From Candidatus Xenobia bacterium (GTDB lineage Bacteria; Vulcanimicrobiota; Xenobia; Xenobiales; QWHO01): DNA of 64,000 nt. Positions 51,066 through 60,600 of the stretch are shown here, in pieces. A program made the translations under genes and the position numbers. The DNA is taken from assembly GCA_045863235.1 (NCBI GenBank), contig BTUM01000018.1, forward strand, positions 1-64,000, in the 5' to 3' direction. The stretch's first letter is position 1. Each line of letters opens with the position of its first letter. The notes under the pieces are model-generated. The model did no database searches, had not been told where the DNA came from, and saw only the letters and a list, made by a program, of their open reading frames with translations.

Positions 51066-51500
51066 TCATTGCAGGGCCCGATCGGAGGCCCGTTCTCCTC
51101 CCCAGCGCAAGGTGATCTGGTCGTCATACTTGTCGGCGATCAGCACCACGGCCATCACCGAGCTGCGCAGCTCGGGCGGGTCGCAGGTGCTGCCCAACAC
51201 GGAGTGCTGGAAGAACACGTCTCCTTTGCCCTCCATCCCGAACCCTCCGAACAGGGCCCGGTTGTTCTCGTGCAGCAGAAATTCCAGCAGCTCATAGGTG
51301 GGATCCACGCCGGTGGCCACGTAGGCGCGGGTGACCAGCACGGAGTCCTCCTCGCCGAAGGGCTTGACGCTGACCTGCGCCATGGCCGACCCTACGGCCA
51401 CCCCCAACGTCAGCTCGTCAGGCGATGCCACCACCCGCTCCACGCCAAACAGCTCCACCAGCCACTGGCGGGCTTTCTCGTAGCAGGCCTCAGGCGTCAT
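51066..51500 (-). CDS. YbjN / type III chaperone-like domain protein
   Basis: VGSAMAQV...ELLEFLLHENNRALFGGF...ADKYDDQI...WGG pattern. Small and acidic. Confidence 0.75.
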   Translation of the reverse strand: MTPEACYEKARQWLVELFGVERVVASPDELTLGVAVGSAMAQVSVKPFGEEDSVLVTRAYVATGVDPTYELLEFLLHENNRALFGGFGMEGKGDVFFQHSVLGSTCDPPELRSSVMAVVLIADKYDDQITLRWGGERASDRALQ

Positions 51501-52050
51501 AGCTCGCTCCCGTCGTGGTGGTCTGCCGGTCGAGGTGGTCGCCGTAGGCGACCAGGGCGGCCAGGCGGCGAGAGGCGGATTCGACCAGGGGTGCGGCCTC
51601 TTCGTCTTGCCCCTGCTCGATCAGGTCGAAGGCTTCCAGCCACTGCTCGATGGCGGTCTTGAGGAAGGCGTGGATGAGGACGCTCTCCTGGGTGACCTCG
51701 TGTTGCTCGACGAGGAGATTGGCGTAAAGCTCCCAGCGCTTTTCGACTTCGGCGCGGGCGCCTTGCACGTCGCCCTGGGCGACCTTCAGATAGGGTCCCT
51801 GCTGCCACTCAGGCTCAATCAGCCACTCGCCGACCTGGATGAGGGCCGACTCCAGCGGGCGCTGCTCCCAGATCTCTTCGCGCCGACGCACGAAACTGGC
51901 ATAGAGATCCTCCACGTTCGAGTGGGGCTGTTCGGCCGCCCAGCGGTTGAAGAGAGCGCGGTTCAAATCACTGGTCAGGTTCTTTTGTCTGGAGTCTTCG
52001 TCCTGCGCCGGGATGGTCACAGAGGGCACAAAGGGACCAGGTGCCAGCAA
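51490..52050 (-). CDS. Hypothetical helical protein
   Basis: Genome-typical codon usage and overlap with the downstream gene. Start uncertain (52050 or 52020). Confidence 0.6.
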   Translation of the reverse strand: MLAPGPFVPSVTIPAQDEDSRQKNLTSDLNRALFNRWAAEQPHSNVEDLYASFVRRREEIWEQRPLESALIQVGEWLIEPEWQQGPYLKVAQGDVQGARAEVEKRWELYANLLVEQHEVTQESVLIHAFLKTAIEQWLEAFDLIEQGQDEEAAPLVESASRRLAALVAYGDHLDRQTTTTGASYDA

Positions 52051-52136
52051 GTGCGCACGAAACGTCTGCTAATCCTTCGGTGGGGTCGCACAACAGGGCC
52101 GGCACGCAGAACGGCAGCAAGCACGCGCTCGCCCCC

Positions 52137-53759
52137 TCACGACTCCCTGGTCACCGGCACCATCAGGTGCGCCTCGCCCAGGTGCAGCGTTACCCGCCCG
52201 GGCGGACCCGGTTGGTAGCCGGCGGGGAAGGCGCCCAGGATGGGGTTGCGCATGAAGAACCAGGTGCCCTGCAGATCCAGGCGCAGGACGTCGCCCGGGA
52301 AGAAGACCGTGGCGCTCGGCAGCAGTTGTAGCTCCAGCGTCACTTTCTGGCCCGGCGAGAGCGGCTTGAGCTCCGTGTGGCTGTGCACCGGCTCCCACGG
52401 CCTGGACTCCTCGAGCTGCCGGTGTGACGCCCGCAGCATGCCGATCGTGACAGGGCCCCGGTTGAAACCGTAGGAGCCCTCGAACGTGACCTCCTGGCCG
52501 CCGCGCAGCTTGCGCACCGCCGCGAAGAGGTGGACGTCCGGAGCCGCCGCCTCCAGCTCGACCAGCAGCTTCATGGGCCCCGTCAGCTCGATCTCGCGCT
52601 CGATCTTCCACGAGAAGCTGAGACGCCCGCCGCGGCTCTGAAAGCTCGGCGAGCCGCTTCCGGGCGTGAGCTGCAGAGTCTTGTCCGCGTGCAGGTAAAG
52701 CTTCGTCCAGCGCGTCGAGTCCAGCGGCCAGGCCGTCTCGGCCCGCACGTCGTGCACCGTGTCGCCCGTGTCCCGCACCTCGAGTCGGACGCGCGGAAGC
52801 TTCGGGGGCGGGCCGTCCTTGAGGAAGTGGTCCAGGAACTCCGTCTGGGCCGCCAGCCCCGCGGGCGAGTAATACTCGGCCCACTTGCCGCCCCGGTGCG
52901 TGTAGAGCCATTTCTGCTCGGACGCGATCCGGTCGAACGCGCGGAAACTGCCCCGCGTGTGGAGGTTGTGATCGGAGAAGCTGCCGCAGATCAGCGCGGG
53001 TGTGACGATCTGGCCGAGATTGGGCGTCAGCGCCCGGTACCACTCGTCGCGCAGGTCGCGCCTGGTCTGTTCCTCTCGCAGGCGCGTGCGGCAGCGCGGC
53101 TGGCGCCTCACGGCAAAGGACCAGATGATGGTGAACCCGTCCTCGCGCACCCCGCCGGGGCGGACCAGATCGCGGTAGAGGTCGCTAAAGCCCTCCCAGG
53201 CCACCATCGCGGCCAGGTGCGGAGGGCGCAGCGCCGCCATCTTCCACTGGCTGAGGCACAGGTAGGAGACGCCGTTCGTGGCCACCTTCCCGGTGCACCA
53301 GGGCTGCCCGGCCACCCACTCGATGAGGTCGTAATAGTCCTGCGCCTCCTGGTCGGAGAACAGGTCGCCCTCGCCCTCGGAGCGAAAGAATCCGCGCAGG
53401 TCGCAGTTCACCAGCGCGTAGCCGCGCGGCACCCAGTAGCCCGGGTCCGGGCCCTCCCAGCTCGTCCACTGGCTCACGCTGAACGCTCCGGACTGGCGCA
53501 TCACGCGGTAGGTGAACGGGATCTTGCCGATCGGCAGGTTGTCTTTGCCGTAGGGGTGGGCGCAGACGATCGCGGGCCAGGGGCCGTCTCCCTCGGGAAG
53601 GAACAGGTTGCAGCGCAGCACCGTGCCGTCGCGGACGTTGAGCTCCTGGTCCTTCAAGAACCGCACGCCCTCAGGGGGCTTGGTGAAGGTCACCGGAGGC
53701 GCCAAGAACCGCTTGATGCGATCCAGCGCGTAGCCCGCTCCTGGGAAGTCGTAGCTCAT
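52137..53759 (-). CDS. CocE/NonD family hydrolase (peptidase S15)
   Basis: VRDGTVLR, PYGKD, DLRG...SEG, nucleophile GVSYL and a C-terminal jelly-roll (ELTGP...GMLRASHR). Confidence 0.9.
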   Translation of the reverse strand: MSYDFPGAGYALDRIKRFLAPPVTFTKPPEGVRFLKDQELNVRDGTVLRCNLFLPEGDGPWPAIVCAHPYGKDNLPIGKIPFTYRVMRQSGAFSVSQWTSWEGPDPGYWVPRGYALVNCDLRGFFRSEGEGDLFSDQEAQDYYDLIEWVAGQPWCTGKVATNGVSYLCLSQWKMAALRPPHLAAMVAWEGFSDLYRDLVRPGGVREDGFTIIWSFAVRRQPRCRTRLREEQTRRDLRDEWYRALTPNLGQIVTPALICGSFSDHNLHTRGSFRAFDRIASEQKWLYTHRGGKWAEYYSPAGLAAQTEFLDHFLKDGPPPKLPRVRLEVRDTGDTVHDVRAETAWPLDSTRWTKLYLHADKTLQLTPGSGSPSFQSRGGRLSFSWKIEREIELTGPMKLLVELEAAAPDVHLFAAVRKLRGGQEVTFEGSYGFNRGPVTIGMLRASHRQLEESRPWEPVHSHTELKPLSPGQKVTLELQLLPSATVFFPGDVLRLDLQGTWFFMRNPILGAFPAGYQPGPPGRVTLHLGEAHLMVPVTRES

Positions 53760-53845
53760 GCTCGGCTGGCATTCCCGGCCCGAGAGGCCGAGCCCTGGTC
53801 CGGGGCGAACCCCGGCGCATGCGCACGGTTCGGGCCGAAGCTCAT

Positions 53846-54136
53846 ATTAAGACGATGGGTAGCAAAGTCGTCAAGCTACAGCCGATCAACGGCTTCGCCG
53901 CGGAATTGACTGCCGGCACCGTCCTGCTCACCAGCGGCACCCTGGGCTTCCCCGTCTCGACCACCCACGTCACCACCGGTGCCATTATGGGTGTGGGGGC
54001 CTCCAAGCGCGTCTCGGCCGTGCGCTGGGGTGTGGCCGGGAACATCCTGACCGCCTGGCTCCTGACCATTCCTGCCGCCGCTTTCGTGGGGGGCATGGCG
54101 ATGTTGCTCATTAAGGCCCTGTCTCCCAGCATTTGA
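53846..54136 (+). pseudogene. C-terminal fragment of an inorganic phosphate transporter (Pit/PHO4)
   Basis: IKTMGSKVVKL...GFAAE...PVSTTH...IMGVG...VRWGVA...AWLLTIP. The N-terminal two-thirds are absent. Confidence 0.8.
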
Positions 54137-54259
54137 TGGTGGCCAGGACCTCTACGATCGCCGGCCTGCGGGTTCTCGGCTGAAAGCGAGCCTGCAGCCA
54201 ACCTGGCCCACGCATCGCGTTCCTGGCCGATCTGGCTCATGCGCTGAGGAGGCGGGAGC

Positions 54260-55072
54260 TTAAGGTTTTGCCTGAAACACCAGAGACGTGCCTTTCAGGG
54301 ACACGGCCACCGGGTTCGGCTGCAGCGCGCAGGCCAGCGCCAGAGTCTGGGCCACCGGACGAGCCGAGACCCAGCACGTCACATTGCCCGAGGGAGGCTG
54401 CCCCTCGATCGACAGCTTCATCTCCTTGGCGCTGATCTGACAGACAAACGCCAGATCAGCCATCATGAAGTCCATCGAGACCTTTTTGACCGGCGCCTGG
54501 CTCAGAGAGCTCAGGTTCTGCTCGAAACGGGCCACGACGGCCTTCAGGCTGGTCTGCCGAGCCACGATGGTCACTCCTCGATGCTTCGTCCATCCAAAGG
54601 ACGTGTTCTGCAGGACCTGATCCATGGCCTGACTCGCCACGAAAACCGAGTGCAGCGTGACCTTTCCCGAGACGTCGGGTGCGATCTGCACTTCCTTGCG
54701 GTCGACCAGGCACACCAATTTGACCGCATGGGGAAGGCTGGCCCCTTGCAGTCGCAAGCTCGGACCCTGGGACAGCGCCGCGTTGGCATCGCCCGCCATC
54801 GCTATCGGAAACCTCGCCGAGCCGTAACCGAGCACGATCTGGTGGGGGTCAACCGCATGCACCACATAAGACCCGAGGCTCTGGCCCGGACGCACCAGGT
54901 AGGCCTCACCGCCAGTGACCCGGACGATCGCGTAGCGACCGCTCTTGCAGACGAGCAGGCCCTCCACAGAGACGCCCGGCTCGGAAACCTCCTCAGCGGA
55001 TACGGCCCCTGACAGACACAGGAGCGCCCACAACGCTACAATCAGCCGCGCAGAGAACGGGAATGCAAGCAT
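54260..55072 (-). CDS. Exported hypothetical protein (PilP-like N-terminal region plus secretin N/STN-like repeats)
   Basis: Signal peptide VSA|EE, AYLVRPGQSLGSYVV, IAPDVSGKVTL and VSMDF..ADL patterns. Confidence 0.5.
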   Translation of the reverse strand: MLAFPFSARLIVALWALLCLSGAVSAEEVSEPGVSVEGLLVCKSGRYAIVRVTGGEAYLVRPGQSLGSYVVHAVDPHQIVLGYGSARFPIAMAGDANAALSQGPSLRLQGASLPHAVKLVCLVDRKEVQIAPDVSGKVTLHSVFVASQAMDQVLQNTSFGWTKHRGVTIVARQTSLKAVVARFEQNLSSLSQAPVKKVSMDFMMADLAFVCQISAKEMKLSIEGQPPSGNVTCWVSARPVAQTLALACALQPNPVAVSLKGTSLVFQAKP

Positions 55073-55175
55073 GCCAGCATACTAATCCGAAACACAGAGG
55101 GTTTCAACTGCATGACAATCGGGCGAACGCGCAATCTGTTGAGCGGCGCCGGAACGAAGTTCCAGCGCAAGAGCT

Positions 55176-55240
55176 TCAATCTTCCCGCGCCAGCCGCTGA
55201 CTGACCAGCGGCTCCCCGCAGCGCTCGGCAATGCGCCTGC
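55176..55240 (-). repeat. Direct repeat copy B (current 3' end of the acyltransferase-fusion gene)
   Basis: Same peptide as copy A, differing only at four synonymous codons and the stop codon. Confidence 0.92.
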
Positions 55241-57779
55241 GCGCCTCGTGGGCCAGGGCGAGGGCTTGCTCGAACCCCGGGCCCTCCGGCTCGAGCAGGC
55301 CCAGGAACTCCACCACCAGACGCCCCGGCCGCGGGATCAGGCGCGGCCAGGGCAGGGCCCGCCGGGTGCCGCGCAGGGCCACCACGCACACCGGCACGCC
55401 CGCCTCGGCGGCGGCCAGGAACAGCCCGAGCATGAACGGCCGCAGCCCGATGCTGATCTCCAGCCCCCCTTCCGGATAGCCGGCGATCGTCTCCCCGGCG
55501 CGCAAGATGGACGCTTGCTCGCGAGCCTGCTCGGCGGCCGCGTCGGCCCGGCCGCGCACCACCGCGATCAGCCCCAGGTTGCCCAGCACGGGACGCACCA
55601 GGGGCAGGCGGGCTACCCAGCTGGCCACCACGAAACGAAGCGGCAGGGGGCAGGCGGCCATCAGGGCCAACGAGTCGAGCAAGCTGGAGTGGTTGGCCAC
55701 CAGCACGCAGGGTTGGCGGGGTGGCTCCCCGCTGACCGCCAGCTTCAGTCCGGTCAGGCGGAGCAGGGCCCGGCACAGGGGCCGGGTCAGCCTGCGCGCC
55801 TTGCGCGGCCCGGCCGCCAGCAAGGTCAGCCATGAGGCGGCCGCCAGCAGCCAGCACCAGCCTCCATAAGCCCGGCGGATCCCCTCTTTCAGGCCTGCGC
55901 GCAGGCGTCTTTTCAGCTCGGCCAGCACCAGCCTCAGGCCCGGGCGGTCTGGCCCGAGCTTACCCTCAAGCGCCCGCTTCTTGCACTCCGAGCGGCGGAT
56001 CTTCCCGCTTGGCGTCTTGAGCACGGCCCCCGGTGGGGCGAGCAGCACCCTGTCCGGCGCCAGGCCCAGGCCCTCGAGAATGCGCGTGCGCACGGCCTGC
56101 TCGAGCTCGGGGGAGGGCGCGCGGGTCTCGCACAGCACCCACAGCTCCTCGGTGCCCGACTCGCCCGAGCTCACCCCGAAGGCGGCCACGCAGCCGCGGC
56201 GCACGCCCTCCACCTCGGCGGCCAGATCCTCCACGTCTTCCGGGTGCAGGTTGCGGCCGGCCTTCAGGATCAGGTCCTTGAGCCGCCCGGTCACGTAGAG
56301 CTCACCCTCGAAGAGATAGCCCTGGTCGCCCGTATCCACCCAACCCTCGGGGTCCTTGACCGGCTCGGGACGGCGGTAGTACTCGCAGAGCGAGGACGGG
56401 CCACGGAACTCGACGGGGCCCTCCTGCCGCTCGCCGCTCGCGCCCCGGATGCGCACCTCCATGTCGGGCAGGGCGCTGCCGCACGAGACCACGGCTCGCC
56501 CCTCGAACAGGTCCGTCTTCAGTCCCCGCCCCGGGGGAGGAAAGGTCACCCCCAGCGAGGCCTCGGCCAACCCGTAGGCGGGGAAGACGGCTCCGGGCCG
56601 GAACCCGTAGGGCGCATAGCGGCGGCAGAAGCGCTCCATGGTCTCGGGTCGCACCGCCTCGGCGCCGTTGAGGGCGATGCGCCAGCTGGAGAGCTCCAGA
56701 CCCTCCAGCTCGGCGTCGGGAATGCGCCGGGCGCAGATCTCATAGGCGAAGTTGGGCGCCGGGGAGATGGTGGCCCGGTGGTGGCTGATGGCCTGCAGCC
56801 AGCGCGAGGGGCGGGCCAGGAAGTCCTGCGGCCCCATCAGCACCAGCGGGATGCCGTGGTACAGCGAGCCGAGCAGCGAGCCGATCAGCCCCATGTCGTG
56901 GTAGAGCGGCAGCCAGCTCACGGTGATGTCTTCGGGCCCGATGGCCATGCCGCGCCCGTAGGAGCGCAGGTTGGCCAGCAGGTTGGCGTGGCTCAGCACC
57001 ACCCCCTTGGGCTGGCCGGTGCTGCCCGAGGTATACTGGATCAGCGCCACGCCGCTCGGCTGGCAGGGAGCGGCCACCTCCAGGGGGAGGCTCTCCACCG
57101 CGGCCACCCGCCACGACCCGCGCATCAGGTCGGCCACGGCCCGGGCCGCCTCCAGCGTGACCAGCACCTTCACCCGGGCGTTCTCGAGGATGGCATGCTG
57201 GCGTTTGAGATACTCTTCGAGCTGGTCGAGCCGGAAGGGGGGATAGAGCGGCACCGGGATGGCTCCCAGCCGCAGAATGCCAAAGTGCAGGCCCAGAAAG
57301 GGCAGGCCGGTGGGGAGCATGCTGCCCACCCGGTCGCCCGGCTCCACCCCCAGCTCGACCAGCCCGGCGGCGTAACGCTCGGCCTCGCGCCACAGCTGGG
57401 CATAGCTGACGGGCGGGAGGCCCTCGAGGTAGAGGAAGGGGCGGTCGTGGGCGGCCTGGTAGGCCAGCACCTCGATCAGGGTCTCGGCTTTGTCGGGCAG
57501 GGGAGGAACGGCCGTGATCTGGGCGACCGGTTGCCTTTCGGGTGGGCGACCCTCCAGGGCGGCCACCAGGTCGGCCACGGTGGCGGCCTGAAAGACCGCC
57601 TGCTCGTTCACCCGCTGCCCCAGCTCGGCCTCCAGGCGCTGCACCAGCTGCACCCGCTCCAGGCTGCCCAGGCCGAAGTCGCGCTCGAGGTGAGCGTGCT
57701 GGCCCAGCGCATTGACGTCGCGCTCGGGAGTCAACTCGGCCGAGAGCTGCCTGACCGCCTGCAAGATGCGGTCGGTCAC
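55176..57779 (-). CDS. ACP + fatty acyl-AMP ligase + PlsC-type acyltransferase fusion
   Basis: GTG 57779 overlaps the upstream stop. FGLGSLERV (ACP), QYTSGSTGQPKG, WLPLYHDMGLIG, YGLAE, and NHSSLLD / YPEG (PlsC). Confidence 0.88.
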   Translation of the reverse strand: MTDRILQAVRQLSAELTPERDVNALGQHAHLERDFGLGSLERVQLVQRLEAELGQRVNEQAVFQAATVADLVAALEGRPPERQPVAQITAVPPLPDKAETLIEVLAYQAAHDRPFLYLEGLPPVSYAQLWREAERYAAGLVELGVEPGDRVGSMLPTGLPFLGLHFGILRLGAIPVPLYPPFRLDQLEEYLKRQHAILENARVKVLVTLEAARAVADLMRGSWRVAAVESLPLEVAAPCQPSGVALIQYTSGSTGQPKGVVLSHANLLANLRSYGRGMAIGPEDITVSWLPLYHDMGLIGSLLGSLYHGIPLVLMGPQDFLARPSRWLQAISHHRATISPAPNFAYEICARRIPDAELEGLELSSWRIALNGAEAVRPETMERFCRRYAPYGFRPGAVFPAYGLAEASLGVTFPPPGRGLKTDLFEGRAVVSCGSALPDMEVRIRGASGERQEGPVEFRGPSSLCEYYRRPEPVKDPEGWVDTGDQGYLFEGELYVTGRLKDLILKAGRNLHPEDVEDLAAEVEGVRRGCVAAFGVSSGESGTEELWVLCETRAPSPELEQAVRTRILEGLGLAPDRVLLAPPGAVLKTPSGKIRRSECKKRALEGKLGPDRPGLRLVLAELKRRLRAGLKEGIRRAYGGWCWLLAAASWLTLLAAGPRKARRLTRPLCRALLRLTGLKLAVSGEPPRQPCVLVANHSSLLDSLALMAACPLPLRFVVASWVARLPLVRPVLGNLGLIAVVRGRADAAAEQAREQASILRAGETIAGYPEGGLEISIGLRPFMLGLFLAAAEAGVPVCVVALRGTRRALPWPRLIPRPGRLVVEFLGLLEPEGPGFEQALALAHEARRRIAERCGEPLVSQRLARED

Positions 57780-58513
57780 AGCCGGACCCTCGTCGTGATG
57801 GGAAAGTGGTCGGAGGGGAACTTCCCGTTCAGGTGGCGGTGCACGATCTCGGCATGCAGCACTTGCAGGCGGGGGCTGGCGAAGATGAAGTCGATGCGCG
57901 GCCCGCTGCGCGCTCCGCTGAAGCCATGGAAGGTGCCCTGGCGCCTGGCGGTGGGGTGGCTCAGGCGGAAGGTGTCCAGCCAGCCGGCCTCCTTGAGCAG
58001 CCGCACCGGCCGCGAGCCTTCCTGGGCGTTGAAGTCGCCCAGCAGCAGAGTCGGGTGCTCGGGACGCACCCGCTCGAGCACGGCCTGCAGACCGAACAGG
58101 CGCGACTTCTGGCCTAGGTAGTCGAGGTGAAAGTTGAACACGTCCAGCTCCGCGCTGCGCACGAAGGTGCAGATGCGCGGCAGGGCTGCGTCCCAGGCCC
58201 GGCGGCCCAGCAGGCCTCTGGGGTGCAGCGCGAAGGTCCCCCCCTGCTCGACGTGGAGCCGGTCCGAGCGCCAGAAAATGCAGCACTGCTCGCCCCGTCC
58301 GCGCCCGTTGCGTCCCTCGCCCAGGCTGGCGTAGCCTGGCAGCGCCTGCTCGAGATCGCGCCGCTGGCCGGGGAGCACCTCCTGAAAGCCGATCAGGTCG
58401 GGACGCTCCTCGCGCAGCAGCTCCAGTGCCAGGGGGCGGCGTCGGCTCCAGGAGTTGGAGCCGTCCAGCACGGTGGCAAAGCGCAGGTTGAAGCTCATAA
58501 CGGTCAGCTCCAT
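57776..58513 (-). CDS. Endonuclease/exonuclease/phosphatase family protein
   Basis: VMSFNLR, DLIGFQE, GDFN, RIDFIF and SDHFP motifs. Confidence 0.9.
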   Translation of the reverse strand: MELTVMSFNLRFATVLDGSNSWSRRRPLALELLREERPDLIGFQEVLPGQRRDLEQALPGYASLGEGRNGRGRGEQCCIFWRSDRLHVEQGGTFALHPRGLLGRRAWDAALPRICTFVRSAELDVFNFHLDYLGQKSRLFGLQAVLERVRPEHPTLLLGDFNAQEGSRPVRLLKEAGWLDTFRLSHPTARRQGTFHGFSGARSGPRIDFIFASPRLQVLHAEIVHRHLNGKFPSDHFPITTRVRL

Positions 58514-58674
58514 GGCCTGGACGCTTCCCGGATTGTCAGTTGGGCCCTGCTGAAAGGTCTATCCGGGGGGCGGGATGGCTCCCAGCTGGACCAGAAGAGG
58601 TATCCGAGGGGGGTCAGCCCCTGCCCGCGATTTCCTGGCAGGGCGCCTTCGCGCGCCGGACGAAGCCGGTGAGC

Positions 58675-59586
58675 ATGGACTTCCTGCGAGGCCTGCTCAG
58701 ACGAGGGAAGAAGCCGCAGCCCAGCCAGAGCCCCCCCCTCGCGCACGAGCCCATCCCCAGCCTGGCGCCCTTCCCCGCCACCGCTCTGGGGCCCACCGCG
58801 CCCGCCTGCCTCAAGCATCCGCCCGCTCTGGTGGGCTACCACACCAGCCCTGGCGGACTCGAGAAGCTGAGGGCCTCCGGGCTCGCTTTCCAGGAGATCC
58901 ATTCCGACCCCGATGCCAGCGTGCATCCCCGCGACAGGCCAGGACTGCAGGAGATCATCGGACCGGCCTGCGGGGGGCGCTGGGAGTTCCTGGTCGTTCC
59001 GGAGCTGGGCGAACTGGCCGTGGGGGCCGACCAGATGGGTCTTGAGATGGAGTTCTTGCGCGACGACCTGGAGGTCTACTCGCTGGCCGACCCTGAGCGC
59101 GTGTTGAGCGAGGATTACCGGGGCATGCGGGCCACCCTCGACCATCTGCTGCAATGCACCCGCTGGCGCTATTCCGACGATGTGGCCGCCCCTGCCCCCT
59201 CCGGGCTGGCGGAATTTGGGTCCTATCGCATCGGGGTGCCCTTCGGTTTCATCCGCTGGCTTCCGTCCGAGGACGTCCTCTACCTGGTGCGCAAGGGCGC
59301 CTCGCACGACGTGGTCACCGTACGCGTCACCGCTCACGGCATGGAGCCCGCCGATGACGGGCTGTTCAGCGAGTACCTGGCCGGGGTGGCCACCGGGGTG
59401 AGCCAGAACGAGCTGCTCGGGGGGGCTCGCTGCCTGGAGTTCATGGGCGCCAACGAGACCTGGTTCTACGAGCGCTGGTTCAGCAACTCGTTTGCTCAGG
59501 CCGGGGTTTCGGGGCTGGGCGGGCCAGGCGAGCGCGGCAAGCGGATCGGTCGGCTGGCGGTGGACAGCTTCGAGCAGGTGAGATGA
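58675..59586 (+). CDS. Hypothetical protein
   Basis: Genome-typical codon usage from ATG 58675. No recognised motif. Confidence 0.6.
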   Translation: MDFLRGLLRRGKKPQPSQSPPLAHEPIPSLAPFPATALGPTAPACLKHPPALVGYHTSPGGLEKLRASGLAFQEIHSDPDASVHPRDRPGLQEIIGPACGGRWEFLVVPELGELAVGADQMGLEMEFLRDDLEVYSLADPERVLSEDYRGMRATLDHLLQCTRWRYSDDVAAPAPSGLAEFGSYRIGVPFGFIRWLPSEDVLYLVRKGASHDVVTVRVTAHGMEPADDGLFSEYLAGVATGVSQNELLGGARCLEFMGANETWFYERWFSNSFAQAGVSGLGGPGERGKRIGRLAVDSFEQVR

Positions 59587-59632
59587 CCTGGAAGTCCGTC
59601 CCGATGAGAACATCAGGGGGCATGCCGTTGGT

Positions 59633-60058
59633 TCACCCCTTGCTGACCAGAACGATTCCCGCCACGATCAGTGCCCCGCCGGCCAGGACCGAAGGCGTGA
59701 CGTGCACCTGGCGGAACAAGAGCCAGGTGAAGAGCACCGTGAAGATGGGGTAGGAAAGCTCCACCAACCCCGCCAGGGTGGCGTTCTTGGCCTGGATTGA
59801 GAGCGAGATCAGGAGGTTGCCCAACCCGTAGGTAGCCAGCGCCCCCAGCGCCACCACCAAGGTGGAGCGGTCCGCCTGCAGGGCCCGCAAGTCCCCGCCG
59901 ACCTTGGGAAAGCCGACAGCCAGGGCGATCATGGCGCTGGCCAGCCCCTGGAAGATGAGCAGCGTGGCGGGCGAGACTTTCCCCTGGAAGACGCGCTCGT
60001 TGAGCGAGTAGTTGAGGCCCCACAGCATCGAGGCGGACAGGGCGTAGACCAGCCACAT
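59633..60058 (-). CDS. EamA/DMT family transporter (single repeat)
   Basis: GAAGGAG RBS before ATG 60058, five hydrophobic helices, WLVYALSASMLWG and ELSYPIFT. Confidence 0.82.
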   Translation of the reverse strand: MWLVYALSASMLWGLNYSLNERVFQGKVSPATLLIFQGLASAMIALAVGFPKVGGDLRALQADRSTLVVALGALATYGLGNLLISLSIQAKNATLAGLVELSYPIFTVLFTWLLFRQVHVTPSVLAGGALIVAGIVLVSKG

Positions 60059-60155
60059 GGTGTTCGCTTCTCCTTCGAGCAGAGATTCCATCAGGATCGC
60101 CTGATGCGCGGTTTCTTGCTTCGATCAGGCGATCTCTTGACCTCCGGAGCAGGGC

Positions 60156-60539
60156 TCAGACCTTTTGCGCAAGGGAGATGGTCGTGCCGTCTGGATCGAG
60201 CACGATGGCCGCCCAGAAGCCGAAATCCTCCAGATTGGTGGGCGGCTTGAGCACCTTGACTCCGCGAGCGACCAGCTCGGCAAAGGCAGCCTGCAGGTCG
60301 CTCACATAAAAACCGAACGAGCAGGTGCCAGCGGTCGGACGGGCAGGCAGCTCGGTGAGGTGCGGCACCGGCTCGGGGTCGCCCCAACCGTGCAGCACCA
60401 GGGTGGTGGGGCCGGTCGAGAACTCGCTCCACCCCGGCGACTCGAACCGCAGCGTGAGCCCCAGAACGTCGCGGTAGAAGGCAACCGAGCGCTGCATGTC
60501 GGTCACCATGACCATCATGTAGTGGGGATGCTGAAACAT
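60156..60539 (-). CDS. VOC/glyoxalase family protein
   Basis: VTDMQRSVAFYRDVLG, F-x-V-x-D and DPDG motifs. Confidence 0.88.
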   Translation of the reverse strand: MFQHPHYMMVMVTDMQRSVAFYRDVLGLTLRFESPGWSEFSTGPTTLVLHGWGDPEPVPHLTELPARPTAGTCSFGFYVSDLQAAFAELVARGVKVLKPPTNLEDFGFWAAIVLDPDGTTISLAQKV

Positions 60540-60600
60540 GCTGGCGCAGTTCGGTCCTCGGAAGGCACGCCCTGCGTCGGCTGCGAAGCCTGGCAAGCTG

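Larger units (their letters stand above)
49114..55240. mobile_element. Candidate decayed genomic island bounded by 65-bp direct repeats (no integrase seen)
   Basis: Att-like duplication of a gene 3' end, with truncated HNH and Pit genes inside. Confidence 0.55.

Noticed and set aside
57780..58286. N-terminal extension of the 1036-aa ORF
   Set aside because: Overlaps the EEP gene in another frame. The ACP domain begins at GTG 57779.
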